A stretch of DNA of 64,000 bases from Malacoraja senta (lineage: Eukaryota), in contig CM075998.1 in NCBI GenBank assembly GCA_038087875.1, positions 4,156,001-4,220,000 of the forward strand, written 5' to 3'. The position numbers and the translations under genes were made by a program. Positions 23,811 to 36,120 of this stretch are shown in pieces; position 1 is the stretch's first letter, and every line of letters begins with the position of its first letter. The notes below the pieces were generated by a model, which ran no database searches, had not been told where the DNA came from, and worked only from the letters and a program-made list of their open reading frames with translations.

Positions 23811-24690
23811 AATCATCAATCAATGTTATTTGTATAGCACATTTAAAACAACTCACGTTGACCAAAGTGCTGTACATCAGTGCAAGTACTAATGTGTTAC
23901 ATACAATGGTACACAGACCTAACAATACATACATAAACTGTTTACAGCGCCCCCTCACAGGGCCTCAAAAACTCCAGGGAGTAGAAATAGGTTTTGAGCC
24001 TCGACTTAAAGGAGTCGATGGTGGGGGCAGTTCTGATGGGAAGAGGGATGCTGTTCCACAGTCTAGGTGCTGCATCCGCAAAAGCGCGGTCACCCCTGAG
24101 CTTAAACCTAGACCGCGGGATAGTCAGTAGCCCCAATTCGGCCGACCTGAGGGACCTGGAGGTAGAATGGTGGGTTGGAAGATTTTTGATATGGGGGGGG
24201 GGGGGGGGCGGCAAGCCCGTTAAGGGCTTTGTATACGAATGAGAGGAGCTTGAAGTTGATTCTGTACCGTACTGGGAGCCAGTGGAGAGAGGCCAGGATC
24301 GGGGTGATGTGGTCCCTTTTACGGGTACCCGTCAGAAGTCTCGCTGCGCCGTTTTGGACCAATTGCAGGTGGGACAGGGATGATTGGCTGATGCCAGTGT
24401 ATAGGGAGTTGCAGTAGTCAAGGCGGGAGGAGATGAATGCGTGGATGATTTTTTTCAAGGTCGTCGAATTGGAGGAATGGTTTGATTTTAGCTATGGTAC
24501 GAAGCTGGAAGAATGTAGCTTTTACCACAGAGTTGACTTGCTTGTCAAACTTTAATGCGGAGTCAAATATCACGCCAAGGTTTTTGACATGCGGTTTGAC
24601 TAAGGAGGTTAGGCTTCCAAGGCTGCCTGGTATCGTTTTGATGGAGTCGGAGGGGCCGAGTAGGATGTCCTCAGACTTGCTCTCGATTAC
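23811..24690 (-). mobile_element. L2-clade LINE 3' fragment
   Basis: IHAFISSRLDYCNSL..LQLVQN.AARLL..HITPILASLHWLPV..RINFK..AAPRLWNSIP..FKSRLKT, with a (ttga)n tail. Confidence 0.9.
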
Positions 24691-25255
24691 CAGTCAATGA
24701 TTCAATTATACTTTATTGTCACATGTAACATAGAAACATAGAAAATAGGTGCAGGAGGAGGCCATTCGGCCCTTCGAGCCAGCATCGCCATTCATTGTGA
24801 TCATGGCTGATCGTCCCCAATCAATAACCCGTGCTTGCCTTCTCCCTTGATTCCACTAGGCCCTCGAGCGCTATCTAACTCTCTCTTAAATCCGTACTCG
24901 GGTACAATCCAGGTTCGTAGGCTAATTGGCTTGGCAAAACTGTAAATTGTCCCAGTGTGTGTGTGTGTGTGCAGGATTGCGTTAGTGTGTGGGGATCGCT
25001 GGTCGGCACGGACTCAGTGGGCTGAAGGGCCTATTCCCGCGCTGTATCACTAAACTAAACTAAAGTGCACAGCTTGTGACGTCTGCCATTGTACAATGTG
25101 GAATTGGCACCAATTGCTCTTGATAGATGTGGCTATGTTTTGTACACATGAAGGATCCTACATTCAACAGCAGGAAGGACCACATATTTGCGAATTATTT
25201 AAAGGATAATCACTTGTGTAAGAAGGAACTGCAGATGCTGCTTACACCGAAGATA

Positions 25256-25620
25256 CAGTGCATTCAGAAAGTATTCAGACCCCTTCACTTTTTCCACATT
25301 TTGTTATGTTACAGCCTTATTTTAAAATGGATTAAAGTCATTTTTTTTAATCATCAATCTACACACAATACCCCAGAATAAAAAAGCAAAAACAGGTGTT
25401 TAGAAATTTTTGCAAAGTAATTAAAAATAAAGAACTGAAATATCACATTTACATAAGTATTCAGACCCTTTGCTATGACACTCAAAATTGAGCTTAGATT
25501 CATCCTGTTTCCATTGATTATCCTTGAGATGTTTCTACAACTTGATTGGAGTCCACCAATGGTAAATTAAATTGATTGGACATGATTTTGAAAGGCACAT
25601 GCCTGTCTATATAAGGTCTC
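25256..25620 (+). mobile_element. Left end of an IR/DR-type Tc1 transposon
   Basis: TA|CAGTGCATTCAGAAAGTATTCAGACCCC, with inner direct repeat aagtattcagaccc at 25455. Inserted at a TA in a pLTR fragment. Confidence 0.8.
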
Positions 25621-26488
25621 TTTAATCCCCCCCCCCCCCCCCCCCGCCCTTTCGTCTCCTTTACACCTTTAACCTTTGTCACTTACTCCACCCACCTGCC
25701 ACTCACCCCCTCACCTGTATCCACCTATCATTGCCAGGCTTGGTCTCACCCCACCTCTATTTTCCAGCTTTCTCCCTCCTACTCCAGTCAGTCTGAAGAA
25801 GGGTCCCGATCCAATCGCCGCCTGTCCATTGCCTCCCCAGATGCTGACTGACCCGCGGAGTTCCTCCAGCACTTTGCGTTTTGCTCTACTTAGTTTCCAC
25901 TCTAATTTGCTTTGACAGTCACAGTAGCCACCTGGGTGACTGGGAGGGGGTGACAATTAGTGGCAGAATTGGGAGCCCACCGGGGTGGGGGTGGTGGCAC
26001 GGGAAAGAAGGAGGGGGGGGGGTAACTCCAATCAGTCTGAAGAAAGGTCCCGACGCGAAATATTGCCCGCCAATACCCTCCCCAGATACTGCCTAATTCC
26101 ATCCAGCAGTGTGTGTTTGGTTCAAGATTTCAGCATCCCCAGTTCCTTGCGTCTCAAAATTGAAGAGGCTCCTTGAAGAACAGGTCAGGCAGAATTTTCA
26201 AATATTTCTTTCAGGCAGAGGTGGATGTATTCTTGATCAGTAAATGGGTGAAAGGTGAAGTAAACGTGAATGTGGAGATGATGTTACAATCCGATCACCC
26301 GTGATCTCATGGAATGACACAACAGACTCGAGGGAACGAGTGGCCTGCTTGTGCTACAAACTCATGTACTCATACGGATCCTACATAAGGAGGCAGAGAG
26401 AGAGGGCGCTCAGCGGGAGGTCCTGCTCAGGAAGGTTGTTTACAAAGCAATTCCCCAACGCGCGCCTCAGTGAGGTTTCAATGCCGGA

Positions 26489-26772
26489 GCGCAGCGGTAG
26501 AGTTGCTGCCTCACAGCGCCAGAGACCCGCGTCCGATCCTGACAACGGGTGCCGTCTGTACAGAGTTATACCTTCTCCCTGTGGTTTCCTCCGGGTGCTC
26601 CGGTTTCCTCCCGCACTGCAAAGACGTACAGGTTTGTAGGTTAATTGGCTTCAGTCAAATTGTAAATTGTGCCTAGTGTGCAGGACAGTGTTAGTGTGCA
26701 GGGTGATTGCTGGTCGGCGCGGACTCGGTGGACCGAAGATGCCGGTTTCCGCGCGGTATCTCTGAACTAAAC
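26489..26772 (+). mobile_element. HE1-type V-SINE
   Basis: Same consensus. Confidence 0.85.
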
Positions 26773-28328
26773 CAAAAATATATATAATTACAGTAAAGAA
26801 ATCCTGGCAGAAATATGTTGCATGCTGCAGTCATGCTTGCAGCCACACAGCAGGAGCTCAGCTGGTTGCCAGAGGCTGTTACACCAACAAGTGGACAGGT
26901 TTCAGCTGCTGAGCCTCTCCAGCCTTCTCTGCCTTCCAAAGAGATCATGGAGTATCATCTTCAATACTTTTTATTAAAAAGTCACCTATCTCAATCTTAA
27001 AATGAATAATTGATCAACCACCAATGACTGTTTGTGGAAGTGTTGCCCAGATTTCTCCCACTGATGGAGATGGAGGCGTTCCGGGAATTTTGGCTTCCGA
27101 AGTACCTGGTCTTAATATTTGGAAAACGTCCCTTATCCTGTACAACTGTCAGAAATAGTATCTCTCCGGTCATATTAGTTGCTTGTCATTTTTGGAAAAC
27201 CACTTTCAAATCATCCTTTAACCTCCTAACTAACTGGATTTGTGTTATCGCCTGACATGGTTTAGCTTTGGCAAATCAAGCTACCACTCCAGTAACCCTA
27301 CCTGCACTCCCTCCATGATTACTCTCTCCTTCTTAAGCAGGGTGGTGCTCAGAACTACTGTCAGTGCTCCAGATGTGGTTCATGACTATCTTTTCCTATA
27401 ACATAACTTGCATCTGCTTGTACTCCTAGATATAAATGAGCCTCTGTTCTTCTGGTCCAGTCTATGAAACGGACCCTGGGTCTGTTGGGACATGCCGTGC
27501 ACAGCAGCCTTTCGCCGTTTGGAAAGTGCACTGTTCCATTCTTTATAGGCCTCGCGTCTGCCTATCTTGAAATCCTTTCACCACAGCTTTGCCCATTCCC
27601 TCAATCTGTTCCCTTCTCTCCAAGTCTGCCACCCACACCGCTTACAATGCCGTGTCATTGGAAAACTTGTGCATAGTGGTGGAAAGATTGGTGGAAACAG
27701 GGCCGCGACGAGAACGCTCTTTCCTTGACCCCGGCTGATTGCTGAATCCATAATAAACATCCAGCACAAATTTAATGTGTCGACTCCATCGTGTGGATCG
27801 GTAATGGCTTCATCCCATTTTGTGTCCCCCAACATGCATTTTCTAGTGCCCGTGAATTTAACACCCAAGAGTGTCTTTAAATACATTTGTTCTGATTATA
27901 CTTACTCCTTTATAATTAGTTAATCAGTTAATACTCTGAGTATCAGTCAAGAGATGACATTTTTGATACAAAGGTTTGCAGGACAGCTGTTTTCTCTGCA
28001 ATTAACTATCTGCTGGAACTTGTGTAGATATTCAGTGTTGAAAGGCAACTTGCTAGTAGTGGAGGCAGCCATGACGTGCTCTCCGGTGGAGAGGGGAAGA
28101 TTAATACCTGCTCCCTCCCCCACCCCTGCCTTTGGAACATCATATTCATGCAGCAGAAAGAGGCCATTGACCTCGCTGTAGCTGTTCCACTTTTAAAACA
28201 CTATGCGATTAGTTCGATGCCCCTGCTCTTTGTCCTTTGCCCTGCAATCTCTGCCTTTGTCATCACATGTCCAGTAAAGATATATAATTGCAGTCATACA
28301 ACTTAAATAGATGGTTTAAATAGGCAAC

Positions 28329-28621
28329 GCAGCACAGTGGTGCAGCCGTAGAGTTGCTGCCTCACAGCGCCAGAGACCCGGGTTCCATCATGATTACTGG
28401 TGCTGTCTGTATGCGGAGTTCGTATGTTCTTCCTGTGACTGCGTGGGTTTTCTCCGGGTGCTCCGGTTTCCTCCCACACTCCATTTGTATGTTAATTGGC
28501 TTTGGTAAAATTGTTTTAAAAAATTGTCCTTCGTGTGTAGAATAATGCTAGTGTACGGGGTGATCGCTGGTCGGCGCGGACACGATGGGCCGAAGGGCCT
28601 GTTTCAGCGCTGTGTCTCTAA
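28329..28621 (+). mobile_element. HE1-type V-SINE
   Basis: Same consensus. Confidence 0.85.
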
Positions 28622-29526
28622 TGTTTCCACTGTAAATGTCGACATGAAAATTTATATTGGGAATATAAAATTAAGGGCAGTATTTGTGATTTCCAAATCC
28701 AGAATCAATAATGCATGTGGTCAAATAATCCCATGCCTCTCACCATAAAGCAGAAATTTGGGCTTAACTTCTCTTCAGAAGTGCCTAACGCTCCAGATAT
28801 AATCATTAAAAAAAAAAAAAAAAGAGAGAGAAGTGGAAAGAATAAATATTTTAAAACACACCTTGGTTTTCAGATTTTTCAATCATATTTTCCTTCAATA
28901 GCATAAGCCAATTGGGCAACAAAATAATGATCTCAGCTACACTAATGTCCCCGCCACTACTCATCGGCATGCCCGGGTTCTGTGTTAACAAACGTACATA
29001 AGTTGATTTTATCCATCAGTCAGAAAATACAGTAAAAAAATCACTCGATGTGGTGACCACAATATTGTAATGAATGGCATCAAATGCACATCAGACTGAT
29101 AAGAAAGAACAGCTACTAAAAGTGTAGAGAAAGAGTCCTCCCCTCCATTGGAACAAACAAATGATCAGTATGTCAGACTTTTGAATTTAATAATATAATG
29201 GGAGCTTGGTTGTTATGTAGTGGTATCCATAATATTAGTTCCTTTCCCTCCTTTTGAAGGACACATCGCCAAACTCCGTTGACTGTTATTAAGAAATAAT
29301 GTTTTGCTCCATTTCTGTTCTGGGTCAGTGAAGGCCATTATTTTAAATTGGTTCCGATAATCACTATTATAAATCATGGGCACAGTAAAATTAAAGATCT
29401 GGTCAGCTTGACCTCCTCCGTCTTTTTTATGTCAACGTTTGCCTCTTAGGCTCCTCTGAAGGAGTTCTGCGATCATGTCCCGGCTACAATGTTAAGCAGG
29501 GCACTTTGCAACAAAAAGGATAATGG

Positions 29527-30264
29527 AAGATAGACACCAAAAAGCTGGAGTAACTCAGCGGGACAGGCAGCTTCTCTGGAGAGAAGGAATGGATGACGTT
29601 TCGGGTCGGGATCCTTCTTCAGATTGAAAGTAGACGGGGGGAGGGTTGGTAGGGAAGAACTAGAGGCAAGAAAAGACCAGGATATATCAAGGCCGGCAAC
29701 AGATGACCTCCAGTCAGAAGAAAGGTCCCAATCTGAAACGTCACCCCATCCCTCCTCTCCAGAGATGCCGCCCGACCCGCCGAGCCCACCCGAACACCCC
29801 ATACCTATCCTCAGCATAAACCAGCATCTGCAGTTAGAAACATAGAAAATAGGTGCGGCAGTAGACCATTCGGCCCTTCGAGCCATTCAATATGATCATG
29901 GCTGATGATCCAACTCAGTATCCTGTACCTGCCTTCTCTCCATACCCTCTGATCCCTTTAGCCACAAGGGCCACATCTAACTCCCTCTTAAATATAGCCA
30001 ATGAACTGGCCTCAACTACACAACAGTTGACCTCAGTCAGAGTGGTTCCCTGATAGGGCAATTGTTGGCTAGGGTCTAGTTCTTCCCTACCAACCCTTCC
30101 CCCCCCCCCCCCCCCCGCCCCACCTACTTTCAGTCTGAAGAAGGGTCCCGACCCGAAACGTCACCCATTCCTTCTCTCCAGAGATGCTGCCTGTCCCGCT
30201 GAGTTACTCCAGCTTTTTGTGTCTGTCTCCAGTTTAAACCAGCATCTGCAGTTCCTTCCTACAA
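29527..30264. mobile_element. Compound Penelope pLTR inverted structure with nested CR1 tail (~29836-30019)
   Basis: Minus pLTR arm at 29527-29625, plus arms at 29711-29835 and 30131-30264. Intact hammerhead motif at about 30133-30165. Confidence 0.75.
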
Positions 30265-31380
30265 AAAAGATAATGCTACGTGAGCCTCTGACAACTCCAG
30301 CAGTGCACCTCTGAGCACTCCGGTTGCATGGAAATATTGGCAGAGTCCTATGGAGGAGACAGCCACTCGCCTCTTCAGCCAGTGGGAAAGCCAAGGGCAG
30401 CATTGCCGAATCATCCTTTCCGATCAGTTTAGCTTCCAAAATTAAATAGTGACTGAGCACATAGCATAAAAGAGCGTAGTAGCAAGGAAGAACTCCATTT
30501 TTCCTTAGTTACAAGAATCGCTTCACAATTTTGTGCAGCATTATTTATACAATTTCTGTACTGTTGGTAAAGAAAGGCTGCATCTATGGGAGGCAGATGA
30601 AAATATATTTCTTTACATGCCCCTTAACTATTCTGTACATTTACAAACACCACCTCTCTGTGAATGGATCTACGAATAAATCAACTTTGGCAACAAAAAA
30701 AAAAAATCTCACTAGCCTGTATCTTGGGAATTATTGGAGAGTTCCTCGATTCCTTCAATTGAACTGCTGGCTTGATCTTCTCGTGAGATACGGAGACCAT
30801 AACAACAATTATTTCTGGTTATTGCCAAAGTAATCTGCATCAGCTGAGTCTGACCCATATCACACTACTGTTTGGTGTTGTGGCTTTATCAAGGGAAATC
30901 TTCAGGCCAAATTTCTATCAAGATGGACAAAAATAGCAACACATAGATTTTCTTGGAGAAAGGTTTTTTGAACAATCCATTCCCCTGTGATTTATGCTTT
31001 GTGAAGTTATCACTTACAGTTTCTCCATGTTATTTTGGTGTGAATGCTGTGAGCGTGTTAATGGCGGAGCATTTTACACATTCCTCTCAGCCAGTCGATC
31101 ATTTCCTCAGGAATTGACAGCTGAACAGGCAAGCTGGGATGAGGGAATCTAGGAGGTCACGGTACAGCTTTTAACCGGAGTATTCACTTTTATGACTGTG
31201 ATCTTATGTTGAAATAGGATACCTCAAATTAGTTAAAGCACTTGACTTTTTATTATTTTTTTATTTCTAAACCATTTTGTACACCGGCATCTTCTTCTTC
31301 TTCTTGCGTATGGCGTGCACAGCCTAAAGTTGTAGGACAACTTGTTCTATTTGATCTTCCTTGATTGTGTACGCCAGGTT

Positions 31381-31836
31381 GATTGCATTCGTCGAAACAG
31401 GGTGGACCACGTGAAAGTTGCAATCAAAGATCCTATAGCGAGCAAGATAGATCACTCGACGAAAAAGACGTAGTACGGTCATGGGCAGATTCATGGGTAA
31501 TTTAAGGCCCCATTTCCGTAACCGGCTTCCCAAAGATCCCATAGGATAATAGTGCGGAGACGGATGCCGGTTACGGAAACATCCTCGTAAAAATAAAAGT
31601 TATTTGGTAAAAATCTTCTCCTCATTTTCAGAATTATAATTTATTAACACAAACTGTTCCCCCGCAACATTGATTACACTGCGAGTCGGGTCGGGTCGGG
31701 TCAGGTCGGGTCCAGTTACGGAAATGGATGAAAAAAAGGCCCACGTTGCGTTCCGTACTACACGTCAGCCCATTGCATTTAGCAGGAGTGGTGTACGATC
31801 TTTGGTATAGGATCATTGGTTGCAATCTCCCACCCC
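31381..31836 (-). ncRNA. Minimal HDV/CPEB3-like ribozyme, 54 nt, split by MITE (31836-31827 + 31424-31381)
   Basis: Reconstructed sequence GGGGUGG-GA-GAUUGCA-ACU-UUCACGU-GGU-CCACCCU-GU-UUCGA-C-GAA-UGCAAUC. It shows a 7-bp P1 with G1-U wobble, 7-bp P2, 3-bp P3, L3 UUCACGU and J4/2 CGAA. Confidence 0.8.
31425..31818. mobile_element. hAT-like MITE inserted in the ribozyme SINE
   Basis: 13-bp TIRs CAA(A/T)GATCCTATA with one mismatch. 8-bp TSD gttgcaat at 31417-31424 and 31819-31826. Confidence 0.85.
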
Positions 31837-32221
31837 TACACCGGCATCAAGCTGGCTGGGATACCAAAATCACCCAATTCAGACTTTTGTTTCCTTCCAC
31901 AGTTGGTAGACGAGACATCATTAGTGAACAGTTTCCCAGTTTCTTAAGGTTTCGTGCAATCGCTCGATTTTAAGTGTTAAATCTGGCTCTTTCCTGTATT
32001 CAGTTGAATTTAACACCTTTGATAGATTTTGGAAGATTTGTGTCATTTGTGCAATCAATTGAATTGTTTTATAAATGTTGTGAAGTCTTGTACTCGTGGA
32101 ATAGATGCATTGAAATGAAGTGCAGACAACAGCACTGTCCAGGACATAATATTTGCCGATCAGAGGTTATAAAACACAACTGTCACAATATCAGATGTAG
32201 ATATCACGAGTAGCTGAATTA

Positions 32222-32467
32222 AGGCCCTTCAGCCCAATGAGTTTGCATCGACCAATGGTCACCTATTCACTAGTACTACCCTACACACTAGGGAGAATTT
32301 ACAGAAGCCTACAAACCTGCACGTCTTTGGAAAGTGGGAGGAAACAGGATCACCCGGAGAAAGCCCATGCGGTCACAGGGAGAACGTACAAACTCTGTAC
32401 AGACAGGATGGAACCCGGGTCTCCGGCGTTGTGAGGCAGCAACTCTACCGCTGTGCCACTGCCGCCC
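32222..32467 (-). mobile_element. HE1-type V-SINE
   Basis: Same consensus. Confidence 0.8.
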
Positions 32468-32583
32468 AAACTCCACCGCTGCTAAATTAACCAATCCTTC
32501 CACCAGAGTTGCCGGGTTCATTTTTAGGAATTCTCTGTTGGTTTGTGCTGAGCAGTTCTAAAACTTAACTAATACTTAATTGT

Positions 32584-33452
32584 GTGAGAAAGAACTGCAG
32601 ATGCTGGATAAAATCGAAGGTAGACACAAAATGCTGGAGTAACTCAGTGGGTGAGGCAGCATCTATGGAGAGAAGGAATGGGTGACGTTTCGGGTCAAGA
32701 CCCTCCTTCAGACTGATTTCGGGGGGGGGCGTGGGAAAAATATAGAAAGTGGGCGGTGACAGTGGGACTTGTGGGAGAACTGGGAAGGGGGAGGAGTAGG
32801 AGGGAGAAAGCAAGAGCTATCTGAAATTAGAGAAGTCAATGTTCATACCGCTGGGGTGCAAACTGCCCAAGCGAAATATGAGGTGCTGTTCCTCCAATTT
32901 GGGCTGGGCCTCACTCTGACAATGGAGGAGGCCCAGGACAGAAAGATCAGATTGGGAATGGGAGGGGGAGTGGAAGTGCTGAGCAACCGGGGAGATCAGG
33001 TTGGTTAATACGGACTGAGCGGAGGTGTTCAGCTTAACGATCGCCGAGCCTGCGCTTGGTCTCGCCGATGTAGAGAAGGTGACACCTGGTACAGCGGATG
33101 CAGTAGATGAGGTTGGTGGAGGTGCAGGTGAACCTCTGCCTCACCTGGAAAGACTGATTGGGTTCTTGGACGGAGTCGAGGGGGGAGGTAAAGGGACAAG
33201 TGTTGCATCTCCAGCGGTTGCAGGGGAAAGTACCCGGGATGGGGGTGGTTTGGGTGGGAAGGGAAGAATTGACCAGATGCCCTAGTATGGAACACCTCAT
33301 CCTAGGCGCAGATGCGGCGTAGACAGAGGAATTGGGAATAGGGGATAGAGTCCTTACAGGAAGCAGGGTGGGAAGAAGTGTAGTCAAGATAGCTATGGGA
33401 GTCAGCGGGTTTGTAGGAGATGTCGGTCAGTAGTATGCAACCTGCGATGGAA
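32584..33452 (-). mobile_element. 5'-truncated Penelope-like element (Neptune-type): Cys linker, GIY-YIG endonuclease remnant, pLTR with hammerhead motif
   Basis: Translation PCNRWRCNTC...NLIYCIRCTRCHLLYIGETKRRLGDR...EQHLIFRLGSLHPSGMNIDF, frameshifted. TSD acttaattgt at 32574-32583 and 33453-33462. Confidence 0.9.
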
Positions 33453-33560
33453 ACTTAATTGTATTGAAAAGGTCTGTCGGGAAATAAATTTTTTACTGTT
33501 TTAAATTAAAATTGTTTACCCGTGGTGGTTGCTTTTTACTTTTGATATTTATTTCCTCAG

Positions 33561-33705
33561 GTCAACGCACAATTAAACAGTCCCCTTAACTCGCCAACCC
33601 AATCTCCGACGCCATCTCCAGTGACGAATGTGACAAACGTCTGTCCTGGTCTCGCACCACTGCCACTTATTGCCCAGTTCTCCAGACCTGTGGGGCCAGC
33701 ACAAG
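33561..33705 (+). CDS. R3HDM2: R3HDM2 coding exon: VNAQLNSPLNSPTQSPTPSPVTNVTNVCPGLAPLPLIAQFSRPVGPAQ(G)
   Basis: ttcctcAG 33559-33560, donor GTgaat 33706. 145 nt, phase 0 to 1. SPTQSP.PSPVT motif. Confidence 0.95.
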
Positions 33706-35399
33706 GTGAATAATCCTCCCAATGATGTGTAAAATGTGTTGAACATATTATGTATATTGATTGTAATAATGCACGGAAACTTGATAGACATTAAACACAA
33801 AATATATTAATTCACGAAACTTTTAACGGATGTTCAGATTTGTAGAAATAGCACCTATCTAAAGGTACTGTCGCGTGTGTTTTTAATAGACTGTTTAAAT
33901 GGTTTTGATATTTGTAACCTCTGATGCTCTAGTGTCGGCACAGGCAAAGAATCCATTGTGGGGTCACAGCCAACAAGTAGTGAGGCAACATTGTCGAGAA
34001 TATCCTCTTCAAGGCATTCCCTACCCTCTCCCTCCTCTCACGGGGTCACACATAGACACACACATACAGTCTCTTTACGACACAAGCAAAAATCATTCAG
34101 AACCCCCATACTCAGTTCCTATTCTTGAAGACCAATTGTGTACATTTGGGACACCGAGTGGTGGTAAATCTGTGGAATTCATTGCCAAAATGGCGGCGGA
34201 GGCCGTCAATAGATATTTTTAAGGTGGCGATTAAAAATTCTTGATTAGTACAGGTGTCAGGGGTTATGGGGAGAAGGCAGGAGAATGGGGTTAGGAGGGA
34301 GAGATAGATCAGCCACGATTGAATGGCGGAGTAGACATGATGGGCCGAATGGCTTAAGGCTGCTCCTGGAACTTTAGAACTTATAATACATTATAGGGTA
34401 AAAAAAGACACAAAGTGCTGGAGTAACTCAGCGGGTTAGGCAGCATCCGTGGAGAACATGGATAGGTGACGTTTTGATCAGAACCCTCCTTCTTCATTCT
34501 GATTGTACAGAGGGGGGGTGGGAGAAAGCTGGGAGTGAGGAGGCTCAGGGGCAACCTAACAATTACAGGTTAGTTACGTACGCCACTTCCATCTTTTCTC
34601 CTGTCCGATTATCGTACATTAAACCCAATTCTTTATTTCTGGTCCAAACAAACACATTCTATCCATGTTGCTACTTTTCATTATTCACCCAGTGCCTAAA
34701 ATAATCAATATCTTGATAATCCATATCCAGCACATCTCCAGCATTCAGTTTATCCATTGAAACTCCGTTTGTCAGATGTGACTCACCTTTAACCATCTAT
34801 CCTCGCAGTCTTTGATTAATGTAGGCATTGAATTGTCTTGCAATCCATTAATGGAAGGGTCTGTTTTCTTCGGGGACAGATTAGGTTTTCTGTTACCAAT
34901 GCCCAATGTAATCATTATCTGAGGGTCAAGTTACACTCTTCTGTACATGTTAAACCTTAATTATTTAACTTGACTCATTGATAAATAAGTGGATTTAGTC
35001 AAGGGGGGAGGATCTTATCTCAGGCACCTGCACTCGGTCAGCCAAGGGACAGCTGGATTTCCCGGCTACCATTCCCCTTCCCCTCACTATCCTCACCTCC
35101 CTGCACTCGGCCTCTCCTCCACTGCCAGTGTGAAGAATGCTGACTAAAAGCACATATTCCGCTGGTGTAGTCGACAACCCTCCAGCATGGGCATTGAATC
35201 CTACTTCTCCACCCAGCTTTTCCTTGCCCCTGCGCCCAACTTTCTTTTCACTGCCACCACGCCAGTCGCCCAGTTCCCTCCTCCACCCCCTCCATCCTCA
35301 CATCACCCACCCATCCCTTCGGCCCACTGAGTTCTCACCAAACATCAGCCATCGCCCAGCCATTTACGCCTAACAATACCAGCCTAACATATATTATTC

Positions 35400-35654
35400 T
35401 TTAGTTTAGCTTAGAGATACAGTGCGGAAACAGGCCCTTCGGCCCACCGAGTCCGTACCAACCATTGATCCCCGCGCATCAACACTACCCTACACACACT
35501 AGGGACAATTTTACACTTATACCAAGCCAATTAACCTTCAAACCACGCAGGTGATGGGGGGAACGTACAAACGCTGTACAGACAAGCCCCGTAGTCAGGA
35601 TCGAACCCGGGTCTCTGGCGCTGTGAGGCAACAGTTCTACCACCGTGCCGCCCC
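35400..35654 (-). mobile_element. HE1-type V-SINE, internally deleted
   Basis: Head and tail present, V-domain shortened. Confidence 0.8.
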
Positions 35655-35843
35655 ATCCAATTCTATTCACTCCACATTCCCATCAACCCCCCTCCCCTCT
35701 CCCAGATTCTGTCCCTCTGCACACGAGAGACAATGTACAGAAGCCAACGAACCTGCCAGTAGGCACGTGTTTGGGTCGTGCGGGGAAAACGATAGCTTCC
35801 AGAGGAAACTCAAGTGATCACAGGGTAAACGTGCAACACCACC

Positions 35844-36018
35844 CACACACACACACACACACACGCACACACGCACACACACACACGCACACACACGCAC
35901 GCACACACAACACACACACACACACAACACACACACACACACACACACTATACACACATACACACACACACACACACACACCCACACACACACAACACCA
36001 CACACACACACACACACA

Positions 36019-36055
<37 letters not shown>

Positions 36056-36120
36056 CGCACACACACACACACAACGCACACACACACGCACACACACACA
36101 CAACACACACACACACACAA
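35844..36120. repeat. Imperfect (CA)n microsatellite inside a SINE remnant
   Basis: Direct reading. Confidence 0.97.

Larger units (their letters stand above)
31292..31836 (-). mobile_element. Ribozyme-headed SINE-like retroposon (~143 bp after removing nested MITE), (AAG)n tail
   Basis: Perfect 12-bp TSD tacaccggcatc at 31280-31291 and 31837-31848. Minus-strand tail ...CACGCCATACGCAAGAAGAAGAAGAA. No pol III A/B boxes seen in the head. Confidence 0.85.
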
